DNA of 64,000 nt from Planctomycetota bacterium (GTDB lineage: Bacteria > Planctomycetota > UBA1135): the NCBI GenBank assembly GCA_045047305.1, contig JASFYO010000005.1, positions 297 through 64,296 on the forward strand. Direction: 5' to 3'. The position numbers were made by a program, and so were the translations under genes. The notes beneath the pieces are model-generated. The model had not been told where the DNA came from. It worked only from the letters and a program-made list of their open reading frames with translations, and searched no databases. The stretch's first letter is position 1. Every line of letters starts with the position of its first letter. This document shows, in pieces, positions 16,478 to 25,730 of the stretch.

Positions 16478-18049
16478 ATGAATGATCTCCCCCCTGTGCT
16501 CCCGGACTCCTCCTCGCCTAGCGGGGAGGAGTCCTCTCATGCGGAGCCATTGCGTCAGATTCTGCATCAAGCTGCAGATCAAGTCGCCGACTATTTGAGC
16601 AGCCTTGAAAGCAGGCCCATCTTCCCGGCATCCCCTACTGCACCAACCGGCCCCTTGGTACCTGAAGAAGGTGAAAACCTAAGTGAAGTTTTCACTGATT
16701 CCGCACAGTGGGCGATTGAAAATGCTGTCCATGTAGGCCATCCTGGTTATGTCGGGCACATGGATTCCGGAGTTGCCGTGGCTGGCATCTTGGGTGATTT
16801 CCTGGCCTCGGCGTTAAACCAAAACCTATTGGCCTTTGAATTAGCTCCAGGAGCCACTTTGCTAGAAAAACGCTTGCTGCGTTTCTTCGCCGACGAAGCG
16901 GGATTACCAACCACCGCTGGCGGCATTTTTACCACTGGCGGAACCACGGCAAATCTCACCGGACTATTGCTCGCACGTGATGCAGCAAATCAAAGCGTCA
17001 CTTACACAGGGTTAACCTCGGCGCCGACGCTGTGCGTTTTGGCAAGCGCCGATGCGCATTACTCCATTGCCAAAGCCTGTGCTGTTTTAGGCCTAGGCAG
17101 TGATCAAGTTTGCCCGGTTGCAGTTGCAGGACCGCAACGTCGAATGGATACAAACGATTTGCTACGTGCTTTTCAACAAGCACAAAAAGATGGCAAGCAA
17201 CCGATTGCTGTTGTGGCTACCGCAGGCACCACAAGCTGCGGTGCAGTGGATCCAATTCCGCAAATCGCAGACTTCTGTCAACAACATGGTTTGTGGTTGC
17301 ACGTCGATGCCGCTCATGGAGGCGCCTTGCTATTACATCGCAAGGCGAAAAAACGGCTCGCTGGAATCGAACGCGCAGACTCCATAACGCTAGATCCACA
17401 TAAGTGGCTGTACGCTCCGAAAAGTGCCGGCATTCTTTTGGTGCGTGATGAAGCGAACCTAGTCACCGCGAATTACGATGCCCCCTATCTAGACCGTTTT
17501 CAAGAACACGGAGAGGCCATCCCGCTTAGCCAAGGCCGTCGCGCTCTGGATGGCAGCCGACGCTTTGATGCACTCAAGGTTTGGATGACTCTGCGCCACT
17601 TCGGGCGCAACGGTTTGGAGAAAATTCTTGATGGCCGCTTGGCGCTCTCCAAAGAACTTCATCTACACCTCGAACAGCACCCTTTCTTCGAGCCCATGCA
17701 CCAGCCAGACCTTAATGTTGTGGTCTTCCGCCCGCGCGATGCCGCACATTGGCCTGCGATTGCAGACGCCCACCGCCAGTTAGAGGCTGAGGGGCGCTTC
17801 TGGACCTCGTACACCCGTCTTGACGGCCAACAGTGCCATCGGATGGTGTTGATTAACCCGGCTACCACCGCAGCCGATTTGAAGCAAATATTGGACCACC
17901 TAAGCGTCGCCCATCAAACACTTTGGGGCAATTCTAGTCATCCCCAACATCTGTCCCCAAAAGGGCGTAGCGAGGCTCCTCAGGCGCTGCTACATTCTTC
18001 CCCTGACTATCGTCCAAAAGACGGTAGCCATGTGGCTGTAGGTGACTAA
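16478..18049 (+). CDS. Pyridoxal-phosphate-dependent group II amino-acid decarboxylase
   Basis: HPGYVGHM, FTTGGTTANL, HVDAAHGG and the PLP-lysine context SITLDPHKWLYAPKSAG fit the group II decarboxylase family (DOPA/tyrosine/diaminobutyrate type). The substrate cannot be read from the sequence. Confidence 0.85.
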   Translation: MNDLPPVLPDSSSPSGEESSHAEPLRQILHQAADQVADYLSSLESRPIFPASPTAPTGPLVPEEGENLSEVFTDSAQWAIENAVHVGHPGYVGHMDSGVAVAGILGDFLASALNQNLLAFELAPGATLLEKRLLRFFADEAGLPTTAGGIFTTGGTTANLTGLLLARDAANQSVTYTGLTSAPTLCVLASADAHYSIAKACAVLGLGSDQVCPVAVAGPQRRMDTNDLLRAFQQAQKDGKQPIAVVATAGTTSCGAVDPIPQIADFCQQHGLWLHVDAAHGGALLLHRKAKKRLAGIERADSITLDPHKWLYAPKSAGILLVRDEANLVTANYDAPYLDRFQEHGEAIPLSQGRRALDGSRRFDALKVWMTLRHFGRNGLEKILDGRLALSKELHLHLEQHPFFEPMHQPDLNVVVFRPRDAAHWPAIADAHRQLEAEGRFWTSYTRLDGQQCHRMVLINPATTAADLKQILDHLSVAHQTLWGNSSHPQHLSPKGRSEAPQALLHSSPDYRPKDGSHVAVGD

Positions 18050-18088
18050 CCATAGCCTCAGTCCCAGCTCGGATCCCAAGCTTTCCCC

Positions 18089-20755
18089 ATGAACAGAACC
18101 CTGAAATCGGCTTCTTGCCTTAGCCTGACCCTCGCATTGTTTGCGGTGGGCTGTGCTTCACCCGACTCCTCAACACCCGAGGAAATGGTCGCCTCCAACG
18201 CCACTGGCTCCAGCAATGAACCTTTGTTCATGGATGCCACAGGCGGCGTTCAAGAACCTGGTTCGCAAGAGCCGGGAACCCAAGGCGTCATGGAGCAAGG
18301 CATCCAAGACTACTCATTGCGCGGCCAAAAGATTGCTCTTCTGGTACGCGAGCACGTTATGTCGGCGCGGATGGCCTATGCCGACGCCCGCCTGTTAGAA
18401 GCCGAGAACGAGTTGCTTGCGGCACTCAAGCTCGACCCAACGGCAACCGAAGCCCGTGGTCTTCTTGAGCAAGTGCAAGTGGCGCTCGGCAAAGCGAACA
18501 GTGACATCACTGGTTCCTCCGCCGATGTCTACCAGCAGACCTTGGCCCGCGCTGAGCGTCTGAAGGCAGACGCCGAAGCAAACCTCCAAGCTGGTCGTAC
18601 CTACCTTATGGAAGGTGACTACGACGTCGCAATCGGCAAGCTGCGTTTGTCCCGCAGCATCATCATGGGTTCTGACCTGCGCATCGATTGGGGTGGCATG
18701 GAAGCAGAGGTCAACGCTCTGCTCGAGCAGGCGGAAGCCAACCGTGATCTTGCGGTAGCCGCACAACGCGATGAAGCTTCACGCACCACCTTTAACGCGC
18801 TGCAGCAGAAACGTCAGATGGAACTCGAGCGGCGCAACTTGCGCCTCGATGCCATGCTCACTGATGCGATTGCATCCTTCGATAACTACGAGTTCGATCG
18901 CGCAATTGGCTTGTGCGAGGACATCTTGCGCGAAGACCCACTCAACGGTCACGCACGCGAGTTGATTGACAGCTCGCAGAAGGCACGTCACAACAACTTG
19001 GAGGAGTCTTGGGTCCAGAAGCGTTCCGAGCGCTACAACAGCTGGCTTGCCGATATTGCAGAAGCTCGCGTGCTCAGCACCGAGATCATGCAGATGCCAG
19101 ACCCGGCACATTGGGCGCAGCTCTCCAAACTGCGGGAACGCTTCCGCGTCACCACCATTGATGATGCCGACTCCGAGCTCAACATGGGCCTGATGACCGA
19201 CATCACCAACCAGCGCATCCCGAGCCTCATCTTCGAAGGTGAGACCTCGCTCGATACCGTGGTGGACCAACTGCGTACCTTTACCAGCATCCCGTTCGTA
19301 GTCACTCCAGATGCCATCGACGCCGTCGATAGCGAAGGTATTGAGTTCAACCTCAACATGACTCACGAACTGAGCGTCATGAACGCCCTCAACATCATCA
19401 CCGATGTTGCCGGTGAGGGTGTGACTTACACCTTCCGTCACGGGGTGGTTTACATCACCTCCACCGAGAAGGCGAACGCGAACATGATTCTGCGTCTGCA
19501 CGATGTGCGTGACCTTACTGCCATGATCGTCGATCACGCTGGTCCAAAGATTCAGGAGATTCGCCTTCCAGATGGCGAGTACGACGACGAAGACGGCCCA
19601 CAGTTTGGTGGCGTTGTTGGAGAAGCCGTGCCGTTGATGGATCCAGATAACCTCGTCACCTTAGTGCAGCAAGGCGTCAGCCCTGCAAGCTGGGAAAACG
19701 ATGGTGCTTCGATTCAAGCATTGAATGGTCAACTGGTGGTACGCACCACCCCTGAGATCCACCAAGAGATCCAGGACTTCCTTGGCGGCTTCCGTCGCTA
19801 CACCTCTTCCATGGTGCACATTGAGGCTAAGTTCCTCACCATCACCAAGGATTACCTTCAGGAAATCGGTGTAGATTGGCGCGGTAATGGTGGCAACTCT
19901 TCCCCACTTGAGCTCACCAACCTCGACGACGTCACCTCTGGCTTCGATGACAATGCTTCCCTTGCATTAGACAACAATGGGCCTGGACTTCCTTCTGGTG
20001 CAGACTCCAACCCATCTGCGGGTGCCTACTTCAACGATTTCAGCGACGGCGACTTCCGTGCGCGTACCGAGAACATCCTCGGTTCTTACGGTTCACGCCT
20101 TGGAACTGCTGGTGGACTTGCCATGCAGCTCTCCTTCCTGGATGACCTGCAGTACAGCTTGATTCTCAACGCTGTTGAGAAGAACTCGCACGCACAGGAG
20201 CTCACCTCCACCATCCTTTCGGCGCAGAACACCCAGCGTGCCTACGCCACGATGCTAAACCAGATCACCTATGTGCAGGACTTCGATGTGGAGGTCGCGC
20301 TTGCGTCCTTCATCGCAGACCCAATCATCGGCGTGATCTCCGATGGCATCGTTCTGGATGTGCGCCCAACCATCGCGCAAAACCGTAAGTACATTACTTT
20401 GGAACTGCGCCCAACGGTGGCCACCATTGTGCAGCCAATCCAGGAGTTCACCTCCTCCCTGGCAGCACTAACCACGCCGATTACCATCCAACTCCCGGAG
20501 TTGCAGGTCTCTTCTGCGAACACCACTGTGGTGGTTCCAGACGGCGGCACCGTGGTGATTGGTGGACTCAAGAAGCTGTTCAACATTGATCAGCGCTCTG
20601 AGATTCCTTTCCTCTCCGATATCCCTGTCCTCAGTCTCCTGTTCAAGACTGAAGGTGAGGCGGAAGAGAATAAGGATGTCATCCTGATGATCCGCGCGAC
20701 CATCATCGATGCCAACGAAATGCAGGACGGCCTCGACGCCCAACTAGGCAACTAG
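18089..20755 (+). CDS. Secretin-family outer-membrane channel made as a lipoprotein, with a TPR-rich N-terminal region (liposecretin 2)
   Basis: MNRTLKSASCLSLTLALFAVGC-ASPD is a lipoprotein signal. TPR-like units include GRTYLMEGDYDVAIGKL and SFDNYEFDRAIGLCEDILREDPLNGHA. The secretin C-terminus is VVVPDGGTVVIGGLKK...SEIPFLSDIPVLSLLFKTEG...VILMIRATII. It aligns by eye block by block with 7778..10351. Confidence 0.85.
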   Translation: MNRTLKSASCLSLTLALFAVGCASPDSSTPEEMVASNATGSSNEPLFMDATGGVQEPGSQEPGTQGVMEQGIQDYSLRGQKIALLVREHVMSARMAYADARLLEAENELLAALKLDPTATEARGLLEQVQVALGKANSDITGSSADVYQQTLARAERLKADAEANLQAGRTYLMEGDYDVAIGKLRLSRSIIMGSDLRIDWGGMEAEVNALLEQAEANRDLAVAAQRDEASRTTFNALQQKRQMELERRNLRLDAMLTDAIASFDNYEFDRAIGLCEDILREDPLNGHARELIDSSQKARHNNLEESWVQKRSERYNSWLADIAEARVLSTEIMQMPDPAHWAQLSKLRERFRVTTIDDADSELNMGLMTDITNQRIPSLIFEGETSLDTVVDQLRTFTSIPFVVTPDAIDAVDSEGIEFNLNMTHELSVMNALNIITDVAGEGVTYTFRHGVVYITSTEKANANMILRLHDVRDLTAMIVDHAGPKIQEIRLPDGEYDDEDGPQFGGVVGEAVPLMDPDNLVTLVQQGVSPASWENDGASIQALNGQLVVRTTPEIHQEIQDFLGGFRRYTSSMVHIEAKFLTITKDYLQEIGVDWRGNGGNSSPLELTNLDDVTSGFDDNASLALDNNGPGLPSGADSNPSAGAYFNDFSDGDFRARTENILGSYGSRLGTAGGLAMQLSFLDDLQYSLILNAVEKNSHAQELTSTILSAQNTQRAYATMLNQITYVQDFDVEVALASFIADPIIGVISDGIVLDVRPTIAQNRKYITLELRPTVATIVQPIQEFTSSLAALTTPITIQLPELQVSSANTTVVVPDGGTVVIGGLKKLFNIDQRSEIPFLSDIPVLSLLFKTEGEAEENKDVILMIRATIIDANEMQDGLDAQLGN

Positions 20756-20769
20756 GTCTCCCGTAAACG

Positions 20770-20813
20770 AAAAGAGCCGCTCTCCTATCAAGGAGGGCGG
20801 CTCTTCTTTTTTG
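20770..20813. terminator. Bidirectional rho-independent terminator between convergent genes
   Basis: AAAGAGCCGCTCTCC-TATCAA-GGAGGGCGGCTCTT is followed by CTTTTTTGG on the + strand. On the minus strand, TCTTTTCGTTT follows the hairpin. It separates secretin 2 (+) from the HAD gene (-). Confidence 0.65.
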
Positions 20814-20826
20814 GAGTCGTTAAGTG

Positions 20827-21579
20827 TTAGCTGCGGTTACGGCGCTCTAATGGAATACCATATTCCGTATCCAACAGCCCACGCAAAGCCACAAAATCAT
20901 CAAGGATATGATTCGGCTCGGTGAGTGGCGGAGTTTGGGAGCGCTTACCGTTACCGCGAATCCATACCGTGCGTAAACCAGCTGCATTGGCAGGATCGAC
21001 ATCATGGAATGGATGGTCCCCCACGTGCATCACTTGATCCGGGGCAACGCCTGCAACTTCTGCACACTGCGCATAAAGCCGTGGATTGGACTTGGCAATA
21101 CCAACCGCATTGGTGATGAACAACAGTTTTTGATCAATGAAGCGGTCCACGCCCAAGCGCAGGAGCTTCTCCATTTGCTTGTGAACCAATCCCGCGCTGA
21201 TCACACCCAAACGTAGGTCGGTGGTTGCAAGATCGCGCAACAGTGCTTCGGCCTCTGGACGGATTTTCAGCTTCTGCCATTTGGCATTGTGATAGGCAAT
21301 CACGCCAGCAACGACCAACAAATCTGGATTAGCACCCGCGGTGGCACTCTGCGGCAAACGCTTCAGCAAACGGTTGTAGTGGTGGTCATCGTTGGAACCG
21401 AATTCGGCAACCACTTGAGAAAGCTCATCGAGAACTGGCCCGACCTCAGCTTTGAGGCCACGCGCAATCATGGCTTCCACCGCTTTGGTGCGGGCATCGA
21501 CCACGAAATCGGAGGTCCCGAAAAGGGTGTCATCGATGTCTAGAAAGATGACCTTGAGCTTTGGAGAGGATGCACTCAC
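20827..21579 (-). CDS. HAD-superfamily hydrolase
   Basis: The motif I sequence is VIFLDIDDTLF, followed by GVISAG and a late VGDHPFHDV acidic motif. It overlaps the upstream ABC ATPase gene by 4 nt. Confidence 0.8.
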   Translation of the reverse strand: MSASSPKLKVIFLDIDDTLFGTSDFVVDARTKAVEAMIARGLKAEVGPVLDELSQVVAEFGSNDDHHYNRLLKRLPQSATAGANPDLLVVAGVIAYHNAKWQKLKIRPEAEALLRDLATTDLRLGVISAGLVHKQMEKLLRLGVDRFIDQKLLFITNAVGIAKSNPRLYAQCAEVAGVAPDQVMHVGDHPFHDVDPANAAGLRTVWIRGNGKRSQTPPLTEPNHILDDFVALRGLLDTEYGIPLERRNRS

Positions 21580-23255
21580 TGCGTCGAGTGTACCGCCGCA
21601 GCCGCATCAAGGAGGCGTCGGGTGTAGGCGTGTTGCGGGTTACGGAGGACGTCGACCGTCATGCCTTGCTCTACGATTTGACCGTCCTTCATCACCGCCA
21701 CGCGATCGGAAAATCGCCGCACTGCATCCAAATCATGAGTAATGAATAAGTAAGCGATACCGCGTAAGGATTGCAGGTCTGCGAGCAGTTCAAGAATTTG
21801 CTCCTGAATGTTGGCATCGAGCGCGGAAATGGCTTCATCACAGACCACTAAACTTGGTTGCAGAGCGATCGCACGCGCAATCGCCACGCGCTGACATTGG
21901 CCACCGCTGAGTTGGTCGGGGAAGGCGTCGGCATGATCGGGGCCTAGGCCAACATCGGCGAGCAGGCCTAAGGCACGCCTCCGCAACTCTCTGCCCTTGG
22001 CCACCCCATGTATAGCTAAAGGCTCCGAGACGCTCTGCCAGGCACGCATGCGAGGGTCTAGCGCTGAAACCGGGTCTTGGAACACCATCCCAACATGGCG
22101 CCTGAGAGGTCTTAGCTTGGCCTGACTGAGACCGGACCAATCCACTTGCTCGCCGTTGGGCAATCCCAGGGTGATTTTGCCTTGCTCCATCGGGATCAAA
22201 CGCAAAAGCGCACGCCCAACACTGGTCTTGCCACTGCCGGATTCCCCGACCAAGGCCAGCGTCTCTCCCGGCGCGATCTCGAAGTCGACCGCTTGCACCG
22301 CAAGATGACCATTCTTCATCCCACCACTAGGACCGGGATAGCGCACCGTCATCGAGGAGACGTGGCACACCGGGGTATTAGCCCCAAGGCTGTCGGCCTC
22401 CGTTGGTTTTGCCTCAAGGCCTGCAAGCGCTGCCCGCACCAACTCCTGGGTGTAAGCGTGCTGGGGATGCGCAAACAGATCCTTTGGCGCACCCCGCTCA
22501 ACCACCTTGCCATTTTGCATCACCATGGCTTCTTGACAAAAAGTGCGCACCAACTGTAAATCGTGGCTAATCCACAGCATGGCCAAGCCGCGTTGCAATC
22601 GCAGGCGGTCCAGCAAAGCGAGGATTTGCTCCTGCACAGTGACATCGAGGGCTGTGGTGGGCTCATCTGCAATCAAGATTTCGGGCTCACCGGCAAGTGC
22701 CACTGCGATCAAAATCCGTTGCCGCTGACCACCGCTTAACTGATGCGGATAACGACGCGCAAGTTTGGCTCCATCCGCAAGATCGACTTCTTTCAGCAGC
22801 TCCAACATGCGTGTCTTTCGCGCTGCACGCTTAAGTTGCGGGCAGTGGGTCGCGAGTACTTCTTCGACTTGATTCCCGACCCGCAACACCGGATTCAGTG
22901 CCGAGGACGGATCCTGGAAAATGTAGGCCACCTTGGCGCCACGGTATTTGCGCAGCGCAGATTCTTTGAGCGTGGTGAGCTCGATGCCTTGAAAACGCAC
23001 GCTCCCAGCACTGCGTTGCACGCCGAAAGGAAGCAATCCCATCAGGGATAAGGCGGTCAGGCTCTTTCCACTCCCCGATTCGCCGACCAGAGCCAAGGTC
23101 CTTCCAGCTTCCAGTTGGAAGTGCATGTCCTCCACCAAAGGCGGCTTAGAAGCAGCGCCAACGACCTCCAAGCGGAGACCTTTGACCTCGAGCAGCGGCG
23201 GAGATGTCACGCTTCGATTGTACGGCGCAGCAAGGACTGATTCCGCCCCGCTCAA
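21576..23255 (-). CDS. ABC transporter ATP-binding protein with two fused ATPase cassettes (peptide/nickel Dpp/Opp type)
   Basis: There are two Walker A motifs (GESGSGKS twice), two signatures (LSGGQRQR, LSGGQCQR) and two Walker B motifs (ILIADEPTTALD, LVVCDEAISALD). Confidence 0.9.
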   Translation of the reverse strand: MSGAESVLAAPYNRSVTSPPLLEVKGLRLEVVGAASKPPLVEDMHFQLEAGRTLALVGESGSGKSLTALSLMGLLPFGVQRSAGSVRFQGIELTTLKESALRKYRGAKVAYIFQDPSSALNPVLRVGNQVEEVLATHCPQLKRAARKTRMLELLKEVDLADGAKLARRYPHQLSGGQRQRILIAVALAGEPEILIADEPTTALDVTVQEQILALLDRLRLQRGLAMLWISHDLQLVRTFCQEAMVMQNGKVVERGAPKDLFAHPQHAYTQELVRAALAGLEAKPTEADSLGANTPVCHVSSMTVRYPGPSGGMKNGHLAVQAVDFEIAPGETLALVGESGSGKTSVGRALLRLIPMEQGKITLGLPNGEQVDWSGLSQAKLRPLRRHVGMVFQDPVSALDPRMRAWQSVSEPLAIHGVAKGRELRRRALGLLADVGLGPDHADAFPDQLSGGQCQRVAIARAIALQPSLVVCDEAISALDANIQEQILELLADLQSLRGIAYLFITHDLDAVRRFSDRVAVMKDGQIVEQGMTVDVLRNPQHAYTRRLLDAAAAVHSTQ

Positions 23256-23271
23256 GCGTTATCCTCTGGGC

Positions 23272-24813
23272 GTGACTTTGCCTCCACGATTCCTGCCGCG
23301 CTGGTTCATCGCCATGCTGATGATGATTGGGGGCTGCAATGCATGTATGCCACCTGCTGCAGCAGCCTTGACCGTGGCCAACGGGCCCGATGTGGAGGTT
23401 TTAGACCCGCAAATTACTTCTACCACAGCTGGCAGTCGCATTTTCTCTGCGCTCTTTGCAGGCTTGACCCGCCTCGATCCAGCTACTTTAGAGGTCGTGC
23501 CAGGCTTGGCGGATAAATGGCAGAAGGAAGATCCGCGCGGGCAAGTTTGGACCTTCACCTTGCGCGAAGGCTTATTTTGGTCCGATGGAAGTGCACTCAC
23601 AGTGGAAGATGTACGTGCTTCTTGGGAACGTTTAGCGGACCCTCAAACCGGGGCTGATTATGCCGCATGGATGCGCGGTGCCGAGGTACTTGTGAATGCA
23701 GAACTACGCTCCGTACAAGTGCATTTTCCCGCTCCGCAACCACTATTTGATCGCATGTGTGCATTCCATGCACTTGCCCCTATTCCCGCAGCTTTGCGCG
23801 ACGCCGCTCCAGGCTCCACCCCGGAAATACTCCCATGCAGCGGCCCTTACCAGTTACTCGATCGCCGCATCCGCGACCGCATTCGGGTGGTGCGCAATCC
23901 TTACTCTTGGCGTAAAGCGGAACTTGGGTTTAACAGTATTGATTTCCTAACGCTGGACTCGCAGTTCACTGCGCTCAATCTATTCCTCGCCGGAGATGTT
24001 TGGTTTACCCCCAACGTCCCAGACTTAGCAGTACCTGCACTGCAACGTGATTATCAAGAGGCTTTTCAACCTCAAGCTCAATTCGCAACTTACTTTTTGC
24101 GTTTCCAAATCCATAGTGGTCCATTTCGAGACAAGGATTTACGTCTCGCATTGATCCATGCCGTTGATCGTGATGCCGTGGCAAAAAACCTGGGCGGAGG
24201 ACGTCCGGCTGCTGAGAGTTTTGTGCCTCCATTGACTCCAGGATATCCGCGCGTGGAGGGTCCTAAATTTGATTTAAAGCTCGCACGTGCCGCTTTATCT
24301 CGTTATCAGAAATCCCATCCCGGGCCGCTTCCGCGCTTGGAATACCTCTATCCGAGCTCCGACTTCAACCGCAACCTTGCCGAAGTTTTGCAGCAGCAAT
24401 GGGCACAAAATCTTGGTGTCCAAGTGGCGCTTTCTAATCAAGAGGCGAAGACCTTCTTTCCCGCGCAACGCAGTTTGCAATATCAAGTGAGTCATTCCAG
24501 TTGGGTTGGGGATTACTTGGACCCACTCACTTTCTTGGAGAACTTTGTGGCGGACAGTGGCAACAACCGCACCGGCTTTGCCAGTAAGAAATATGCAGAC
24601 TTACTGCAATGGGCAGCGGAATGTGGAGACCCCGCTTTACGCTTGGACTTACTCGCGCAGGCTGAAAGCTTGTTGTTAGAAGAAGCCGTGATCTTGCCTT
24701 TACTACTCGACGTTGGGCAAGAACTGGTGGCACCACAGCTTGGAGGATTCACCCGTAACGCCTCCGGTGTCATCGATTGGGCTGCACTTTATCCGCAAGC
24801 GGAAGTCCAATGA
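23272..24813 (+). CDS. ABC transporter substrate-binding lipoprotein, family 5 (peptide/nickel type)
   Basis: The start is set to in-frame GTG 23272 (or ATG 23314) so the gene does not overlap the divergent ATPase gene. ...FIAMLMMIGGC-NA is lipobox-like. VEVLDPQITSTTAGSRIFSALFAGLTRLDP and WTFTLREGLFWSDGSALTVEDV are typical SBP_bac_5 blocks. Confidence 0.85.
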   Translation: MTLPPRFLPRWFIAMLMMIGGCNACMPPAAAALTVANGPDVEVLDPQITSTTAGSRIFSALFAGLTRLDPATLEVVPGLADKWQKEDPRGQVWTFTLREGLFWSDGSALTVEDVRASWERLADPQTGADYAAWMRGAEVLVNAELRSVQVHFPAPQPLFDRMCAFHALAPIPAALRDAAPGSTPEILPCSGPYQLLDRRIRDRIRVVRNPYSWRKAELGFNSIDFLTLDSQFTALNLFLAGDVWFTPNVPDLAVPALQRDYQEAFQPQAQFATYFLRFQIHSGPFRDKDLRLALIHAVDRDAVAKNLGGGRPAAESFVPPLTPGYPRVEGPKFDLKLARAALSRYQKSHPGPLPRLEYLYPSSDFNRNLAEVLQQQWAQNLGVQVALSNQEAKTFFPAQRSLQYQVSHSSWVGDYLDPLTFLENFVADSGNNRTGFASKKYADLLQWAAECGDPALRLDLLAQAESLLLEEAVILPLLLDVGQELVAPQLGGFTRNASGVIDWAALYPQAEVQ

Positions 24814-25730
24814 AAATGCGCATCGCCCGACGTTTAGGAGCATGGATTCTCGGCATCTTGCTGGTGCATGCACTCGCCTTCCTGATGATGCGCACCACCC
24901 GCGGTGGCCCCTTCGATGATGCACGTGCACTCGATCCCGTCGTCCGCCAAGCCCTCGAACAGCGCTACGGCCTAGACCAACCACTTTTCATCCAGTACGG
25001 TCACGCCTTGCGCGGTCTATTGCAAGCCGATTTCGGTCCATCGTTGCGCTACCGAGACACGCAAGTCAGCACTTTACTTGCCGACGCCCTCCCCATTTCC
25101 CTCATCCTTGGCGGCGGCGCTCTGCTGATTGCTTTACTCATCGGCATCCCCGCAGGTCTTTACAGCGCGCGGCGTTCGCGACATCTTTGTGGCAAGCTGG
25201 TCCACACCAGCGGCACTCTCTTACTTGCCTTGCCGAACTTTGTTCTAGCTGGGCTGCTGCTTGCCATTTTCAGTTTCCGCCTCGGTTGGCTGCCACCTGC
25301 TGGACTCGGCGGCATGCGCCATTTTCTTTTACCTTGGCTATGCCTCGCACTGCCACTCAGTGCTCAAATCCTACTTTTAGTGCGCAGCAAGGCGAAAGAA
25401 GCCTTGGCTAGTGACTGCGTACGGCATGCAACCGCCGCAGGATTACCGCCCCGCATGATTGCCCGGCGCTATGTTTTACGCCCAAGTCTCGGCCCCGTTC
25501 TCGCCTTCCTCGGCCCCGCCAGCGCCGCACTGCTTACCGGTTCGCTGGTAATTGAAAAAGTCTTCGCACTCCCAGGCTTAGGCACCTTTTTTGTGCAGGC
25601 GGCACTCTCGCGCGACTACACCTTGGCCCTTGGCGTTACCGTCGTTTACACCGCACTGCTCGGCCTGTGCACGCTTGCCGCCGACTTACTCATGGCACGT
25701 TTCGATCCGCGCATGGAGGCCGTTTCGTGA
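24810..25730 (+). CDS. ABC transporter permease (DppB/OppB-like)
   Basis: ATG 24810 overlaps the SBP stop as ATGA. MKMRIARRLGAWILGILLVHALAFLMM is the typical N-terminus. The protein is polytopic. Confidence 0.9.
   Translation: MKMRIARRLGAWILGILLVHALAFLMMRTTRGGPFDDARALDPVVRQALEQRYGLDQPLFIQYGHALRGLLQADFGPSLRYRDTQVSTLLADALPISLILGGGALLIALLIGIPAGLYSARRSRHLCGKLVHTSGTLLLALPNFVLAGLLLAIFSFRLGWLPPAGLGGMRHFLLPWLCLALPLSAQILLLVRSKAKEALASDCVRHATAAGLPPRMIARRYVLRPSLGPVLAFLGPASAALLTGSLVIEKVFALPGLGTFFVQAALSRDYTLALGVTVVYTALLGLCTLAADLLMARFDPRMEAVS

Noticed and set aside
18779-19537. 252-aa ORF antisense within secretin gene 2
   Set aside because: It lies entirely inside a motif-supported CDS on the other strand. 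Its composition is atypical (His/Val/Gly-rich) and it has no start context.
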